A stretch of DNA of 50,475 nt from a bacterium (Candidatus Blackallbacteria) CG13_big_fil_rev_8_21_14_2_50_49_14 (GTDB lineage: Bacteria > Cyanobacteriota > Sericytochromatia > UBA7694), in contig PFGG01000053.1 of NCBI GenBank assembly GCA_002783405.1, positions 1-50,475 on the forward strand, read 5' to 3'. Shown here piece by piece: positions 10,301 through 20,100 of the stretch. A program made the translations under genes and the position numbers. Under the pieces are notes generated by a model. That model was given only the letters and a program-made list of their open reading frames with translations. It made no database searches and was not told the origin of the DNA. Position 1 is the first letter of the stretch. Every line of letters begins with the position of its first letter.

Positions 10301-10486
10301 TGGGGCTTCAGTCACAATCCCCAAAATCGGACTTTCGATATAGGGCATCATGCGGCGGGGCAGAACCTGGGTCAGGGCAATTCCACAGGCCAAAAGAATC
10401 GCCAGATAAAAACTGATCACCAAATAAGGGTGCCGAATTGACCAGGCGGGTAAATTCCAGACAGAGGCTTTTTCTTCAGTTTTCAC
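7313..10486 (-). CDS. Heavy-metal-efflux RND inner-membrane transporter (CusA/CzcA family)
   Basis: 1057 aa. It has a 12-TM RND architecture with two large periplasmic loops and HME-RND-type N-terminal and C-terminal sequence. It is translationally coupled to both neighbours by 4-bp overlaps. Confidence 0.93.
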   Translation of the reverse strand: MKTEEKASVWNLPAWSIRHPYLVISFYLAILLACGIALTQVLPRRMMPYIESPILGIVTEAPGLSALEIEQYYSKPIEERMTVIPKVRYIRSSSQEGFSIVSLEFPYGTNMQKALTDVQALMQVVQADLPGTGANRKPSWVVPIDPLNIPVLTVAIRAPDWNAVALREFAENEMVNRLKRLPDIQSVYPYGGKKRQMQIVLDRHKLAAAQLSAPELKAILDRNNLSLSGGRINTPTHETPIRIQNHVSRPEDLLKLPIKGQGEQMLTLADLAEVKDTAREQRSAFHFLKNGQRYEDAVALQIVQNPAASSPKVIAAVEKELKLMQQEYPSLRFETAYDNAHFVNILMENMGEELILGILLTALAVFFFLHGNLQATGIAILTLPISLAFSILVMVPMGMSLNSSTLIGFLVAIGRLVDDAIIDIHAIQKHLRLGKNVREATIDGISEVRLSVAASTLVLIVGLLPLLFCGGIVQIMFEGLVWPIVTGVSISFLVSMTLTAVLADKLLKPEPETPSRHPVYRYGVYPFDRFLNGLEKRYAVWIAWLLKHRFSNLIRVLATLVIGFGFFFFIGGEMMPLADVGQAYGVLETQPGTSFERTEQIVRAFEEILAEYPEIEKASVELGAEPGGTFFTGYAMNRVNGASIMLTFSDKDTRQRSIWQIMDEVQERALATVPGIRRLQIKEMGSDVMASSQAPISILVTGKDLKIIDQLTREVAEIAKKTEGLYQVGTSWTLGVPTWELTPDLRRLQEVGISLKDLGEQLDSLLRGSLSEEDFYLSNQRQDTLQLRLQADQRRSLGDLENLEISTPSGPVPLKSLARLAPSQTPTLIEHDGIRRSNTVLAYYRPGEKPSMDASMEVLMKAMGQLNWPPGYGIEMRGDMTQMMDSFARLFQGLALSLLLIFLILVAQFKGFLQPLQMVFSLPLELSGVFLALFLAHQAFSSVSIMAVIVLTGMDITTAILLIDHILRTRQTGLPRDQAVIQACPERLRPILMTSLITIAVMTRIALAPPTGLDAYSPLATVVIGGLLAGTLLSLWDIPMMHTLVDDLHSRWQRRKS

Positions 10487-12213
10487 GGCAGATTAAACTC
10501 GAAACTGATCGGTTTCAAACGTTTGCCCTGGGTCTCGACCTGAAGACGAACACGCCACAAACCGCTCATACCGTTGAATTCTGCAGAATATTTGCCCTGC
10601 CCCAGATTTTTTGCTGTCAAAGCAGGGCCGGCCATATTCATGGCGGGCATCGAGGTTTCAAGTGAAAGTTTCACAGAATCCTGCGTTTGACCGGCCTGCA
10701 GCCATTTGAATTCAAGCTTGACGTGATCATTTTGGGGAGGTTTGGGAAAGAGGTTTATTTCAAGCACCTGATTTTCGGGTTGTTTGAGGCTTAAATGCCA
10801 TTGATTTGAAGCTGCCAGACGTTGCTCACCCCCGGGCTCAGGCAAACGTTCAGGGCCCTCCGCTCCCCATTGAACAGGAACCACCGCCATGCCCTCTTGC
10901 AGATCGGCATAGCCCTCGGTAATCACAGGATCTTCCGTGGGCAGATCTTCCAGGCTGACCTCTTCGGCATTTTGCGCCAAAACTTCAACGGCCTGATGAT
11001 GGGCCCGTTTCGCACGCATCACCCAGACATAATCCTGCCCCTTGAGCTGGTGCAAAGCCTGCACAGGAACGGTGGGATGGGGCAGGGAATCACCGGGAAC
11101 CTGAAGTCGGGCTTTGACATATTGGCCGGGCAGTAATTGACCGTCTGGATTGGGCAAAAGCGCTTCCAGAAGCTGAGTCCGGGTTCCTGCTTTGACCTGG
11201 GGCGTTACCGAGCTGATCCGTGCTTCAATTTCATCATCAGGAGCGGCCCCCGTGGAGAAGGTCAAAAGGGTGCCACGGGGAAAGCGATGGGCCTCCTGTT
11301 CTGGCACAGGAATTTGAACCCGAATCGGATCAATCGCCAATAATTTAAGCAGGGGGGTTCCGGCAGGGATCACGGATCCCGGTGCCATCAGCCGTTCACT
11401 GATCAGGCCCGAAAAGGGGGCTCTGATTTCGGTAAAACTTTGAATGATCTGATTTTCACGCACTTCAGCCTGAGATTTACTGACCCCCGACTGTGAAATT
11501 CCCTGACGAATCCGGTTCTCATTCAAAAGCGCTCTGCGGGCCTGGCTGTTCCGCCGCGAGCCAAGCAAACGGGCCTGGGCACTTTTGAAAGCCTGTTCCG
11601 CCGAACGGGCATCTGCCTGATAGCGCTGAAGTTCTTCAAGTGCGATCGCACCGGCTTCATAGAGTGCTTTTTCGCGCGGCAACCGTTCCTGCCAAACGCC
11701 CCAATCGGCCTGGGCCGATTTGACTTCAGCCTGGGCGCTTGCAATTTCAGCCTCGCTGGACTCTGCTTCAGCCTTGAGCCGAACCGACTCCGCCTGCATC
11801 AAGCGAAGTTCTTGCTGTGCCTGGTTCTGGCTGCGTCGCGTGATCTCGGTGCGGGCTTGAAGTTCAGGCGCAGAAATCTGAGCCAATAATTGGCCTTTGC
11901 TTACCCGTGAACCATTGTAAACAGAAACCGAACTGAGTGTGCCATCTACACGGGAGGCTATCATAATTTCATTTTCGGCCTGAAGCGACCCGGTGAAACT
12001 CATCTCTGAAGAGATGGTTTTCAAAAGCACAGCTTGGGTCGCCACAGGAACAGCACCGGGTTCAGGTTTCATGGCATTCATATCCATCGCCAGAGACTCG
12101 ATCAAATTGGATTGCCCTGCTTTGCGAAAATGGGCAACCCCCCAGCCTGTCAGGCCGATCACGCCCAGCAGAAAGAGCAGGCCAGGAATTTTAGACGCAA
12201 ATTTCATTGCCAC
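10483..12213 (-). CDS. RND efflux periplasmic adaptor (membrane fusion protein, CusB-like) with an N-terminal Met-rich motif and a C-terminal FixH/YtkA-like Met-motif domain
   Basis: 576 aa with an N-terminal TM anchor, then MDMNAM (a CusB-like N-terminal metal site), then the biotinyl/lipoyl-like, beta-barrel and coiled-coil membrane-fusion-protein core. The C-terminal ~100 aa (SMPAMNMAG...GKYSAEFNGMSGLWRVRLQ) resemble the small downstream protein. Confidence 0.88.
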   Translation of the reverse strand: MAMKFASKIPGLLFLLGVIGLTGWGVAHFRKAGQSNLIESLAMDMNAMKPEPGAVPVATQAVLLKTISSEMSFTGSLQAENEIMIASRVDGTLSSVSVYNGSRVSKGQLLAQISAPELQARTEITRRSQNQAQQELRLMQAESVRLKAEAESSEAEIASAQAEVKSAQADWGVWQERLPREKALYEAGAIALEELQRYQADARSAEQAFKSAQARLLGSRRNSQARRALLNENRIRQGISQSGVSKSQAEVRENQIIQSFTEIRAPFSGLISERLMAPGSVIPAGTPLLKLLAIDPIRVQIPVPEQEAHRFPRGTLLTFSTGAAPDDEIEARISSVTPQVKAGTRTQLLEALLPNPDGQLLPGQYVKARLQVPGDSLPHPTVPVQALHQLKGQDYVWVMRAKRAHHQAVEVLAQNAEEVSLEDLPTEDPVITEGYADLQEGMAVVPVQWGAEGPERLPEPGGEQRLAASNQWHLSLKQPENQVLEINLFPKPPQNDHVKLEFKWLQAGQTQDSVKLSLETSMPAMNMAGPALTAKNLGQGKYSAEFNGMSGLWRVRLQVETQGKRLKPISFEFNLP

Positions 12214-12218
12214 AGCCC

Positions 12219-12617
12219 TTAGTGGGAGTGCCCGCCAGCCACTTTCAGCTCAAAAGCAAGCTCTGCTTTAAAGGGGGCTGACTGTTGAAGTTTGAGCTGC
12301 CAATCCCCGCCCATTTTAAAATGGGCTTCCAGGTCATATTCACCCGTTTTCAGGGGCGTGATTTTAACCGTTTCTTTCATGCCATCTGACATGCTGATTT
12401 CAGCTTTCAGTTTCGCTCCAGCAACCCCTTGACCCGCTTTCATGATTTTTAAATTCAGGTGTTGCTTACCCATCATCAACGACTTGGGCAAGGTCAGTTT
12501 ATAGCTCGCACCGGCTGCGGATTTGGTCATGCTGCGCATACTTCCAGCCAGGCAAGGCAAGGCAATAAGAGAAGCACCCAAGGCCCATACGATCGAAAGT
12601 TTAGAAACCTTTTGCAT
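12219..12617 (-). CDS. Small periplasmic Met-motif protein (FixH/YtkA-like copper-binding domain), the first cistron of the efflux operon and a possible CusF-type functional analogue
   Basis: 132 aa with a signal peptide. SMSDGMKETVKITPLKTGEYDLEAHFKMGGDWQLKLQ aligns to the C-terminal extension of the adjacent adaptor protein. Only a 5-nt gap separates it from the adaptor gene. Confidence 0.6.
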   Translation of the reverse strand: MQKVSKLSIVWALGASLIALPCLAGSMRSMTKSAAGASYKLTLPKSLMMGKQHLNLKIMKAGQGVAGAKLKAEISMSDGMKETVKITPLKTGEYDLEAHFKMGGDWQLKLQQSAPFKAELAFELKVAGGHSH

Positions 12618-12688
12618 AAAAAAATCCTCCGTAGACTGATATTCTCAGCCTAACAGAGGATTCTTTGAATTTCCTTTGAAACGAAAGT

Positions 12689-13357
12689 TTACTGAACTTT
12701 CTGCCAGGTCATGGTCTGTCCATTGGCTGTGGAAACAATGCGTATCATCCGACCGCTGCCTGGATCTACCTGGCAGGTATACACATCGCTGATACTGGGG
12801 ATATTAAACGTAAAGGCATGTTGTGCAAGCCAATATCCGCCCCCATCATACATCGTGCCATCAGCCGTCTGAATTTTGACAAAAATCTGACTGCCCTGAA
12901 TTGAAATGCGGGCATGGGTTCCAGACCCATCTGTCCACAGACCATTCAGATTCCAATGCTGAGGAGTCTGCTGCTGAGGGGGGGGCTGTTGCGGCGCCTG
13001 TTGTTGGTACATGGGTTGTTGCTGCTGGGGCGCGCGGGGAAGTTTTCCGCGCACCCAAACGGTCACCCCTCCTTTTGCATCACGTACCAAAATTTTATTG
13101 GGGTCTGAAAAACTGACCTGGTAAGAACCATAACCAGGCACACTGTAGACAAAAGCGTCACTGAAACGGGTCCAATACCCTTGATATTTCTTGGGTTGGC
13201 CCTGACGGGGATGAACGGTTACAAAAACCTGTTCCATATTGGCCCACAATTGAATATAAGAGCCTGTTGACGAGGTCCACCAGCCATTGGGATCACTTGC
13301 AAAAGCAGGAAAAACCATGCCAAAAGCAAGCATTAAAGCCAGAAAAATTTGGCGCAT
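12689..13357 (-). CDS. Secreted hypothetical protein with two related ~75-aa beta-rich modules separated by a Pro/Gln-rich linker
   Basis: Signal peptide MRQIFLALMLAFGMVFPAFA. A low-complexity linker PQQQQPMYQQQAPQQPPPQQQTPQ. The two flanking domains share the W/Y-rich pattern (GYWTRF... / GGYWLAQ...). Confidence 0.55.
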   Translation of the reverse strand: MRQIFLALMLAFGMVFPAFASDPNGWWTSSTGSYIQLWANMEQVFVTVHPRQGQPKKYQGYWTRFSDAFVYSVPGYGSYQVSFSDPNKILVRDAKGGVTVWVRGKLPRAPQQQQPMYQQQAPQQPPPQQQTPQHWNLNGLWTDGSGTHARISIQGSQIFVKIQTADGTMYDGGGYWLAQHAFTFNIPSISDVYTCQVDPGSGRMIRIVSTANGQTMTWQKVQ

Positions 13358-13397
13358 TCAAAAATTTCCCTTCATATGATTTCAAAACTTAAAACAG

Positions 13398-13426
13398 GAT
13401 TGATTATAGCAAAATTATTATCAATC
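13398..13426. promoter_or_regulatory. Inverted repeat GATTGAT-N15-ATCAATC in the divergent promoter region between the efflux operon and the sensor kinase gene
   Basis: Seen directly: 7-bp perfect arms at 13398-13404 and 13420-13426. It is a candidate response-regulator binding site. Confidence 0.3.
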
Positions 13427-13490
13427 TGTAGAAAAAAATTGAATTCTAACCAGCCCATGGCTGCCCTGAAATTCTGCTAAAGTAGAGGCC

Positions 13491-14897
13491 ATGCAAACAG
13501 ATGTTTTTAAGTCTCACCGCTCGTTTATTCTGGAACTGACGCTCCGCTATTGCCTGTCATTTACCGTCCTGCTGCTTCTTTTGGGGGGCTTAAGCTATTT
13601 CAGCCTGCGTCGGGTTCTCTATGAAAATCTGGATCAGGGTCTGCAGGTCATCGGACGCAGCGAGGCTGATTTTGCAAGCAAAGGCCAGCATTTACACCTG
13701 CACCCCACTGCCAATGTGAATCCGGGCTCAGATACGCATACCCTGCCCCGCTATGTTCAGATCGTAAACCCAGAGGGGCAGATCCTGGCAGTAAACTTCG
13801 CACACCAAACAGCCCCACTCCCACTCGAATTGAAACGTTTGCATTCCAACAACAAACAAGCACAATACCTAACTGTTCATTATCAAAAGGCCGACTTTCG
13901 CCAGCTTTATCTTCCCTTTTCATACCAAAATCAAGTTTATTTTTTGATCGTGGTCAGCCCCTTGAGGCCCTTACAAAGCACCTTAGACTCTGTCTTCAAT
14001 GCCTATTTCTGGCTTTCAACCCTGCTGCTCTGTCTGGCAGGCATCATGGGCTGGCTTTTGGCCCATGATGCTGTCAAACCTTTGCATCGCATCACCCTGA
14101 CGGCCCAGGCAATTGGCGTGGGTCAACTTTCCGAACGCATTCCCATCGCCCCCGATACGCCACGAGAATTTGCAGAATTAACAGCAGTGCTCAATCAAAT
14201 GTTGGCACGTCTCGAAAACGCCGTACAAAATTTAAAACAATTCAGTGCAGATGCTTCTCACGAACTCAAAACACCGCTCAGTGTTTTAAAAGGGGAATTA
14301 CAGGTGGCCCTGCGCAGAGAACGCAATCCCCAGGAATACCAAGCCCTTTTAAACAGCAATCTTGAAGAGGTGAACCGCTTAATTGCGCTCACCGAAGGTC
14401 TATTGGCACTCAGTCGCTGGGAACAGGAAGAACCTCAAAAAGGGGAAAGCAATCTTCAGGCACTTTTCAAAGAGCTTCAGGCACGTTACGCGGATCTTGC
14501 CCAGAAACAGAAAATTGACTTGAAAATCGAAGTTCCTGAAAAAAATCTCCATTGCCCAGTGGCCCGACTGTATCTGAGCCAAATTCTCAGCAATCTGCTC
14601 GACAATGCTCTGCGTTTTTCTCAAGCCCAACAAACAGTATGGCTGCGGGCCGGAGAAACAAAGGAGCAGGTCTGGATTCAAGTTCAGGATCAGGGGCCCG
14701 GCATTGCCCCTGATGAACAGAAAAAGATTTTTGAGCGTTTCTACCAGATTGAAGCTTCACGCAGCGAAAATCGCAGCCACTTCGGCATCGGTTTGAGTTT
14801 GTCCAAAGCCATTACCGAAGCACACCAGGGCCAAATCAAGGTGGTTTCAAGCCCTCGCCAAGGCGCGTGTTTTGAAGTGCGCTTTCCCAAAAGCTAA
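13491..14897 (+). CDS. Two-component sensor histidine kinase (CusS/CopS-like heavy-metal sensor)
   Basis: Two TM segments flank a ~150-aa periplasmic domain. This is followed by a HAMP domain, then a HisKA domain (SADASHELKTPLSVLKGELQVAL), then an HATPase_c domain (N, G1, G2 boxes: DQGPGIAPDEQKKIFERFYQ, GIGLSLSKA). RBS AGAGG upstream. Confidence 0.9.
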   Translation: MQTDVFKSHRSFILELTLRYCLSFTVLLLLLGGLSYFSLRRVLYENLDQGLQVIGRSEADFASKGQHLHLHPTANVNPGSDTHTLPRYVQIVNPEGQILAVNFAHQTAPLPLELKRLHSNNKQAQYLTVHYQKADFRQLYLPFSYQNQVYFLIVVSPLRPLQSTLDSVFNAYFWLSTLLLCLAGIMGWLLAHDAVKPLHRITLTAQAIGVGQLSERIPIAPDTPREFAELTAVLNQMLARLENAVQNLKQFSADASHELKTPLSVLKGELQVALRRERNPQEYQALLNSNLEEVNRLIALTEGLLALSRWEQEEPQKGESNLQALFKELQARYADLAQKQKIDLKIEVPEKNLHCPVARLYLSQILSNLLDNALRFSQAQQTVWLRAGETKEQVWIQVQDQGPGIAPDEQKKIFERFYQIEASRSENRSHFGIGLSLSKAITEAHQGQIKVVSSPRQGACFEVRFPKS

Positions 14898-14989
14898 CGA
14901 GCACCGCGACAAACGATCTGCACGCCCCATCGAACATTAGCTCCCGCTCTCTCGCAGCAATTTTATTCTTTGTTTGACTTTGATTTGAA

Positions 14990-15085
14990 TATATTTAAAT
15001 CTCAATTAAATCAGTACCGATTAATTAATTCATTTATATTAATATATATAATAATAAAGATATTAATATTTAAATAAATGGGAGC
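14990..15085 (+). promoter_or_regulatory. Extremely AT-rich (>85% AT) promoter or UP region upstream of the 15091 operon, containing a repeated TATTAATAT motif
   Basis: Seen directly: TATTAATAT occurs at 15037-15045 and 15061-15069. The palindromic 14-mer TATATTAATATATA at 15035-15048 recurs at 39225-39238. Confidence 0.35.
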
Positions 15086-15090
15086 CCTCT

Positions 15091-17154
15091 ATGAGAATGC
15101 TTCAACCCCAGTTTTTATTCAGGTCACTTGGTTTTCTTCTCAGTGCTTTCATTCTCAACGCCTGTCAAATCACTTCGCCGTTTGAAAAATCTGCCTTGCC
15201 AGTCCAAACGCAGGCCGTTAAATCAGGGCAAATACTGAACCTCAAACTTCGCTTTGATAAAGGTTTTCAAACCCAATGCAGCCAATGTCGGGCAGAATAC
15301 GTCAAACTTGAAATCAAAGGGCCCGGTCATGTCAGCACGCCGCTCTATGCCTACGGTGCAGACGCCAATGGTTTTATCAAAGTCCTGAATGAAAATCCTC
15401 AACTCTCAGCGCAGGTACCAGCAGGCTCCAATTGGACGGCCATTGCAGGGCTTTATGCCAACAATAACCCAGATGCTGAACCGATACTGAAAGTAGGCGC
15501 GGCCTTCCATGTTCCCAATACGGATCCCCAGATCGAAATGGATCTTCGGGCCCTGCAAAGTGCAGAACTGATCAAAGCCCTGCATGAAATTGGCTCGAAC
15601 AAGGTCTTGACCCCACTTGACCTTGAAAAATACCAGGCCTTCAGCGACGCACTTTTGGGCGTGGTTCAAAACCCCGATGGTACCTATCAAATGAATCGGG
15701 TTCCAGCGGGTCAGGATCCAAGCAATTTTCTCGATGCCCGCAAAATTGCGGGTTTAATCGCACAGGACACCCTCTCAGAAATCAGTGAAAACGCAGGTCA
15801 AACACTCAATCCCAATCTACTCAGCTCGCTTCCCCAAGCCTTTCATACCTATCGTGCCAAAGAACTGACAGCCGGATTGACCCCCTTGAGCATGAATCCT
15901 GCGACAGGCCATCTTTTCAGTTTTGATATTCTGCAAAACACCAAACGGATCTATGGCCTCAGTTCTGCACTCGCAAATTTGCCCTTAAAGCCCGTCTTCA
16001 ATCCCGTCGAAGTCGGACGTCTTCAGAATATTTACCTTTCGCTCGGGCATGCCAATCCCAGTGGTACCCAACCCATACCTGTTATCTATTTGATGGAGTA
16101 TACAGGCCTGAACCGCATGAGCTTAAAAGCCCTGGATCAGCGATCCGGTGCCTTGGTCTGGAATTATAACTTTAACCAGACAGACAGTCTTGAAACACGC
16201 TTTGTACCTGTCAGCCAGACTGACAAGCGGGGAACAGCAAGCCCAGCTGATGATACGGATATTGTGTATACCACGCTTTTGGCCGATCACTGGAGTTTTC
16301 CAGGAACCCGTGGCGTCTATGCCCTCAGAGAGGGTCAGTTGGTTTGGCGCTATTCAGAGGACAGAGAATTCACGGGTTCGGGTGCGCTCTCCCCCGGGGG
16401 AGACAAGCTCTATCTGGTCACCCGTTCTGATCCCTTTAGCTCGGCGAAATTAATCGCCGTAAAAACACAACCGGCTGCGCCCCCCCAGGGGGAAAAAGCC
16501 TGGCTTCAGGAAGTGGATCTGGGAGAAGAAGCCTTTGATACAGCCACCCCTGTGGTGGGCACAGATGGCACAGTCTATGTCAATACGGTCAATACCGCCA
16601 ATCAACGACACTTTGTACAAATGCCAGGCCATTTACAAGCCATAGCAGCCAATGGCCAGCGCAAGTGGAAGGCTGCTTTGGCTGTTGCCTCATTTTTCCC
16701 ACCTGTGATTGGTCATCAAGGGGGTGAAGACATTCTTTACACCTCAACCGAAGGCGCAAAACTACATGCCATTCGTCAAAATGGCAGCGAAAAATGGCAG
16801 GTCACATTGCCTGGCACAGTGGGAGAAGGGCCCAGTGGCTCCCCCACTTTGGGTTTGAATCTGGCAGGAGAAACAGTTATTTATGTGCCCTGGGGCAATG
16901 GTCTGATCTATGCCATTCGGGATCAGGGGACAGAAGGAAAAGTACTCTGGGCACAAGCCCCCGGCGGTAAAAACAATCGTACCGTTTTACTGAAAGATGG
17001 CGTGCTCTATGCCACCACAATGGATGGTGGCGAAGGCCAATTTGTTCAAATTCGCTCCTTAAAAGTGAATACCCCCAATATGCCTCCCCAGGCTCCCTGG
17101 CCCATGCTGGGTGGAAATCTCATGGCCTCTGGCCGCAGTCAACTTCACGAATAA
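15091..17154 (+). CDS. Secreted protein or lipoprotein with a C-terminal PQQ-like (BamB-type) beta-propeller and an N-terminal ~330-aa domain of unknown function
   Basis: Signal peptide with ILNAC. The C-terminal half carries repeated LVW.Y / DG.LY..T / GTVYV blade motifs typical of PQQ-repeat propellers. The GGAG RBS is correctly spaced. Confidence 0.7.
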   Translation: MRMLQPQFLFRSLGFLLSAFILNACQITSPFEKSALPVQTQAVKSGQILNLKLRFDKGFQTQCSQCRAEYVKLEIKGPGHVSTPLYAYGADANGFIKVLNENPQLSAQVPAGSNWTAIAGLYANNNPDAEPILKVGAAFHVPNTDPQIEMDLRALQSAELIKALHEIGSNKVLTPLDLEKYQAFSDALLGVVQNPDGTYQMNRVPAGQDPSNFLDARKIAGLIAQDTLSEISENAGQTLNPNLLSSLPQAFHTYRAKELTAGLTPLSMNPATGHLFSFDILQNTKRIYGLSSALANLPLKPVFNPVEVGRLQNIYLSLGHANPSGTQPIPVIYLMEYTGLNRMSLKALDQRSGALVWNYNFNQTDSLETRFVPVSQTDKRGTASPADDTDIVYTTLLADHWSFPGTRGVYALREGQLVWRYSEDREFTGSGALSPGGDKLYLVTRSDPFSSAKLIAVKTQPAAPPQGEKAWLQEVDLGEEAFDTATPVVGTDGTVYVNTVNTANQRHFVQMPGHLQAIAANGQRKWKAALAVASFFPPVIGHQGGEDILYTSTEGAKLHAIRQNGSEKWQVTLPGTVGEGPSGSPTLGLNLAGETVIYVPWGNGLIYAIRDQGTEGKVLWAQAPGGKNNRTVLLKDGVLYATTMDGGEGQFVQIRSLKVNTPNMPPQAPWPMLGGNLMASGRSQLHE

Positions 17155-17175
17155 TCAGGAGAAAGGTTTTATTTC

Positions 17176-20100
17176 ATGAGTAGTATTTTCAGCAGCCGTC
17201 TCTATAGCCATCTGACTCAGGATCTGAATCAAACCCGTCTCGAAAATTATCAGGTCAATCGCTTTCAACGAACGGTTGAACAACAGGCCGCACAAGGCGA
17301 ACGAGAAAAACTCCTGCGTGAAGGACTCGAATACCATCAAGCCAAAATGGCGGATATGCAAACCCGTCTGAATGAGGTGCTTGAAAAACTGAACAATGCC
17401 TATCGCAGATATGTCGACAATAAAACCATGTACCGCAAGGTTGCCCAAGAAGAAAAGTATATGGGCACCAGCCAATTGCTCAATGATTTGCCCAATATTG
17501 ACAACCCCTCAGGACTGCCTGGGGTGTATCCCACAGGCCCGGCAGGAATTTTGCCCTTTGATGATCCAGGGAGAATCCGCAACTACAGCTACAACCCATT
17601 TTTTGGTTCAAAAGCAATTGATGAAAGCGATAAAACCCTGAATCGAACACATTGGCAGGTTCCCAATGAAATACTTGAAAAATCCTATACCGAAAATGGA
17701 GCTTTTTGGTCAAGTATCGCCTATCTCTGGGGTTGGGATCTTGATCGCATCAATGCGGCCTATGCCACCACCAGCAATGCCAATAACCTTCAGGTCAATG
17801 TCACCGCTCTGCAGCCCAATAAGCCGCAATACCCCCCGCTGCGTCCGGGGGATCGTTTTCCTTTGAATTGGAGTGATGGGCCCAGTGGCACCCTCCAGGA
17901 TTATCCAGCCATCAATATTCGCGGGCTGCGGCCGGGGGGCGTTGATTATAGCCATGCCACCGATTCGCTGGGAACAGGGGGCGATGAACTGACGTATACA
18001 GCCAATATCATCGGCCCTCCCAGCGGCAATGGAGCAGGCACTCCCCCTTCGGGAGGCAATCCTTTTTACGTGGACAATGGCACCTTTCTGGCAGCCGGAG
18101 ATACGGTCACCATCAATAAGTCAGGCGGCGGAGACCCCAATCAGACCCTTTCGGCTGTGGTGCCCCTGGCACCAGGCGATCCCTTTTACGATCCCGCATT
18201 CCCCAACCGACGCAAAATCTATACCAATGGTCCGGCTTATGGCTCCCCGGTGGACTCTGGCAGCATTCAAAAAAGTGTTCCCAGCAGCACAGCCCATATG
18301 AATGTGGTCGGAAAAAACAGCGTAAATTGGGGCTGGGAATTTGATGATCTCCCCCTTTCACTTGAAGTCACTTCTGTTTCTACCCAACCGGATGGAAATA
18401 CGATTCCGACGGGCTATAAGGTCGTTTACGATATTCCGCCAACGCATCCCTTCTATGAAGAATTCAAGGTACTGAATGGAACTGAACCCAAAATAACCGA
18501 TGCGCCCACAGAAATGGTCAAAGAACGCTTAAATAACGCAGGCTTTGATTATACGGGCTCGGTCTATTTTCCGGGCTCCAATGTGGTGGGGTTTCAGGTC
18601 GGCCCGCTGTTTCGAACCAGCCGGGGGGCATGGGTGGTTTCACAACCCGGTGAAAATGAATACGCGGCCCCCGGTCACTATACCTTTGCAGATGGCCCGA
18701 TTGCAGCCTTTGATTTGATCACCTGTCTGCCTGGACTGAGTCTGACAGATGCGACCCAAGTTTCTTTCCGTTACCGCTACCGCGTGCACCAAAACTCTGC
18801 CCAATTTGGTTCTACCTGGGATGACAGTGGGCCAGGCGTGCCCTCTCGCTTTGGCTTTAGTCGCCACGACTGGTCAAGCAACCCGGCCCAGCCCGATGTC
18901 TACGGAGGGGGCAATACCTTTGGCACGCCCATGCCCTCGACCTATCGCACCATTACCAATGAATCGATTCAAACCGCAGGAGGGGCCCCGATCAATATCA
19001 GCTTGGGCAGCCCCAAGAACCCAAATACCTTTGGTTCAGATTACTTAAAAACCAGCGGTTATGAAGAATTGGTTGCCCAAATTGTTCCTGTTCCAGGACG
19101 TGATGATGCCGTTCGGGTTCAATTTCTGTTTGAAGGGGATTTAAATGCACTAGAAATTGAAATCACAGATTTTCAGATTGTCAGCTATGATGGCACGCTG
19201 AATACCTGGGAACAGGGCAAATATACGCCCGGCAACGTCAACCCGGTGATCTGGGAAGGGGATCCGCAAATTACCCAGGCCGATAGTCCTGAAGAAGTGA
19301 TTAGCAAATATGTTCCCAATACCTATCAATTTACCCAGTTCAACGATCAATATACGAATGCCTTCAATATCGCCGATCGCAATGATATTGTCCGCAGCCC
19401 CTGGGAATTTGGTCTGCTCAATATGGACTCTGGCTCAGGCCTGAGTGGAGAACTCTGGCTGGACTTGAACGGACGCAGACTGAATTTGGATCACGATGCC
19501 GTCGTGGATCAGATCAAAGTCTGGGATGAGAGCATCGCAGCCCCTGTTCAAGCCAATACCGATATTCTTGAATCCGCAGCCATCGCGAAAGCCTATGCCT
19601 TTATTCCAGTTGAACACCCTGATGACGATTGTGGCCCCAATCCGGAGATGGAAGTCATTGCAGGTTCGGGCCCAGGCAACCCCTTCAATGCAGATGCGCC
19701 CACAGGGGGCATCCGCGTCGATTCTGTGGCCGGATTTACAGTGGGTGATGCCATTCTGATCGGAGGAGCAGGCCCCTATACCATCACGGGTCTGGTCAAT
19801 GATGCAGGTTCACCTGCCACGTTGACAACAGATCCTGTCTTTGACAATCCCGCCATCCCCAGCTATGAATACCGCCCCCCCTTTGATAGCTTGCCCGCAG
19901 GCGATCGACTCGGAACGTCTCTGCCCGTGGATCCTTCCAGTGATTTCCCGCTGACCCTGGGCGGTACGACCTATACGACCTATGGGGAGTTGGCTGCCGC
20001 CTTCCCGCCTCCCGCCTGGCACCCGGCTGCAGGCAACCCTTTGGATCCCCTCTATTGGGTAGAATATACCCAGTCTACTTCGCCCGCAGTGCCTGGGAGA

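Noticed and set aside
7313-12213. Naming the pump and adaptor cusA/cusB rather than czcA/czcB
   Set aside because: The copper gene context and the Met-rich motifs favour Cu/Ag specificity. The methionine triad of CusA could not be verified by eye, so only a family-level call was made.
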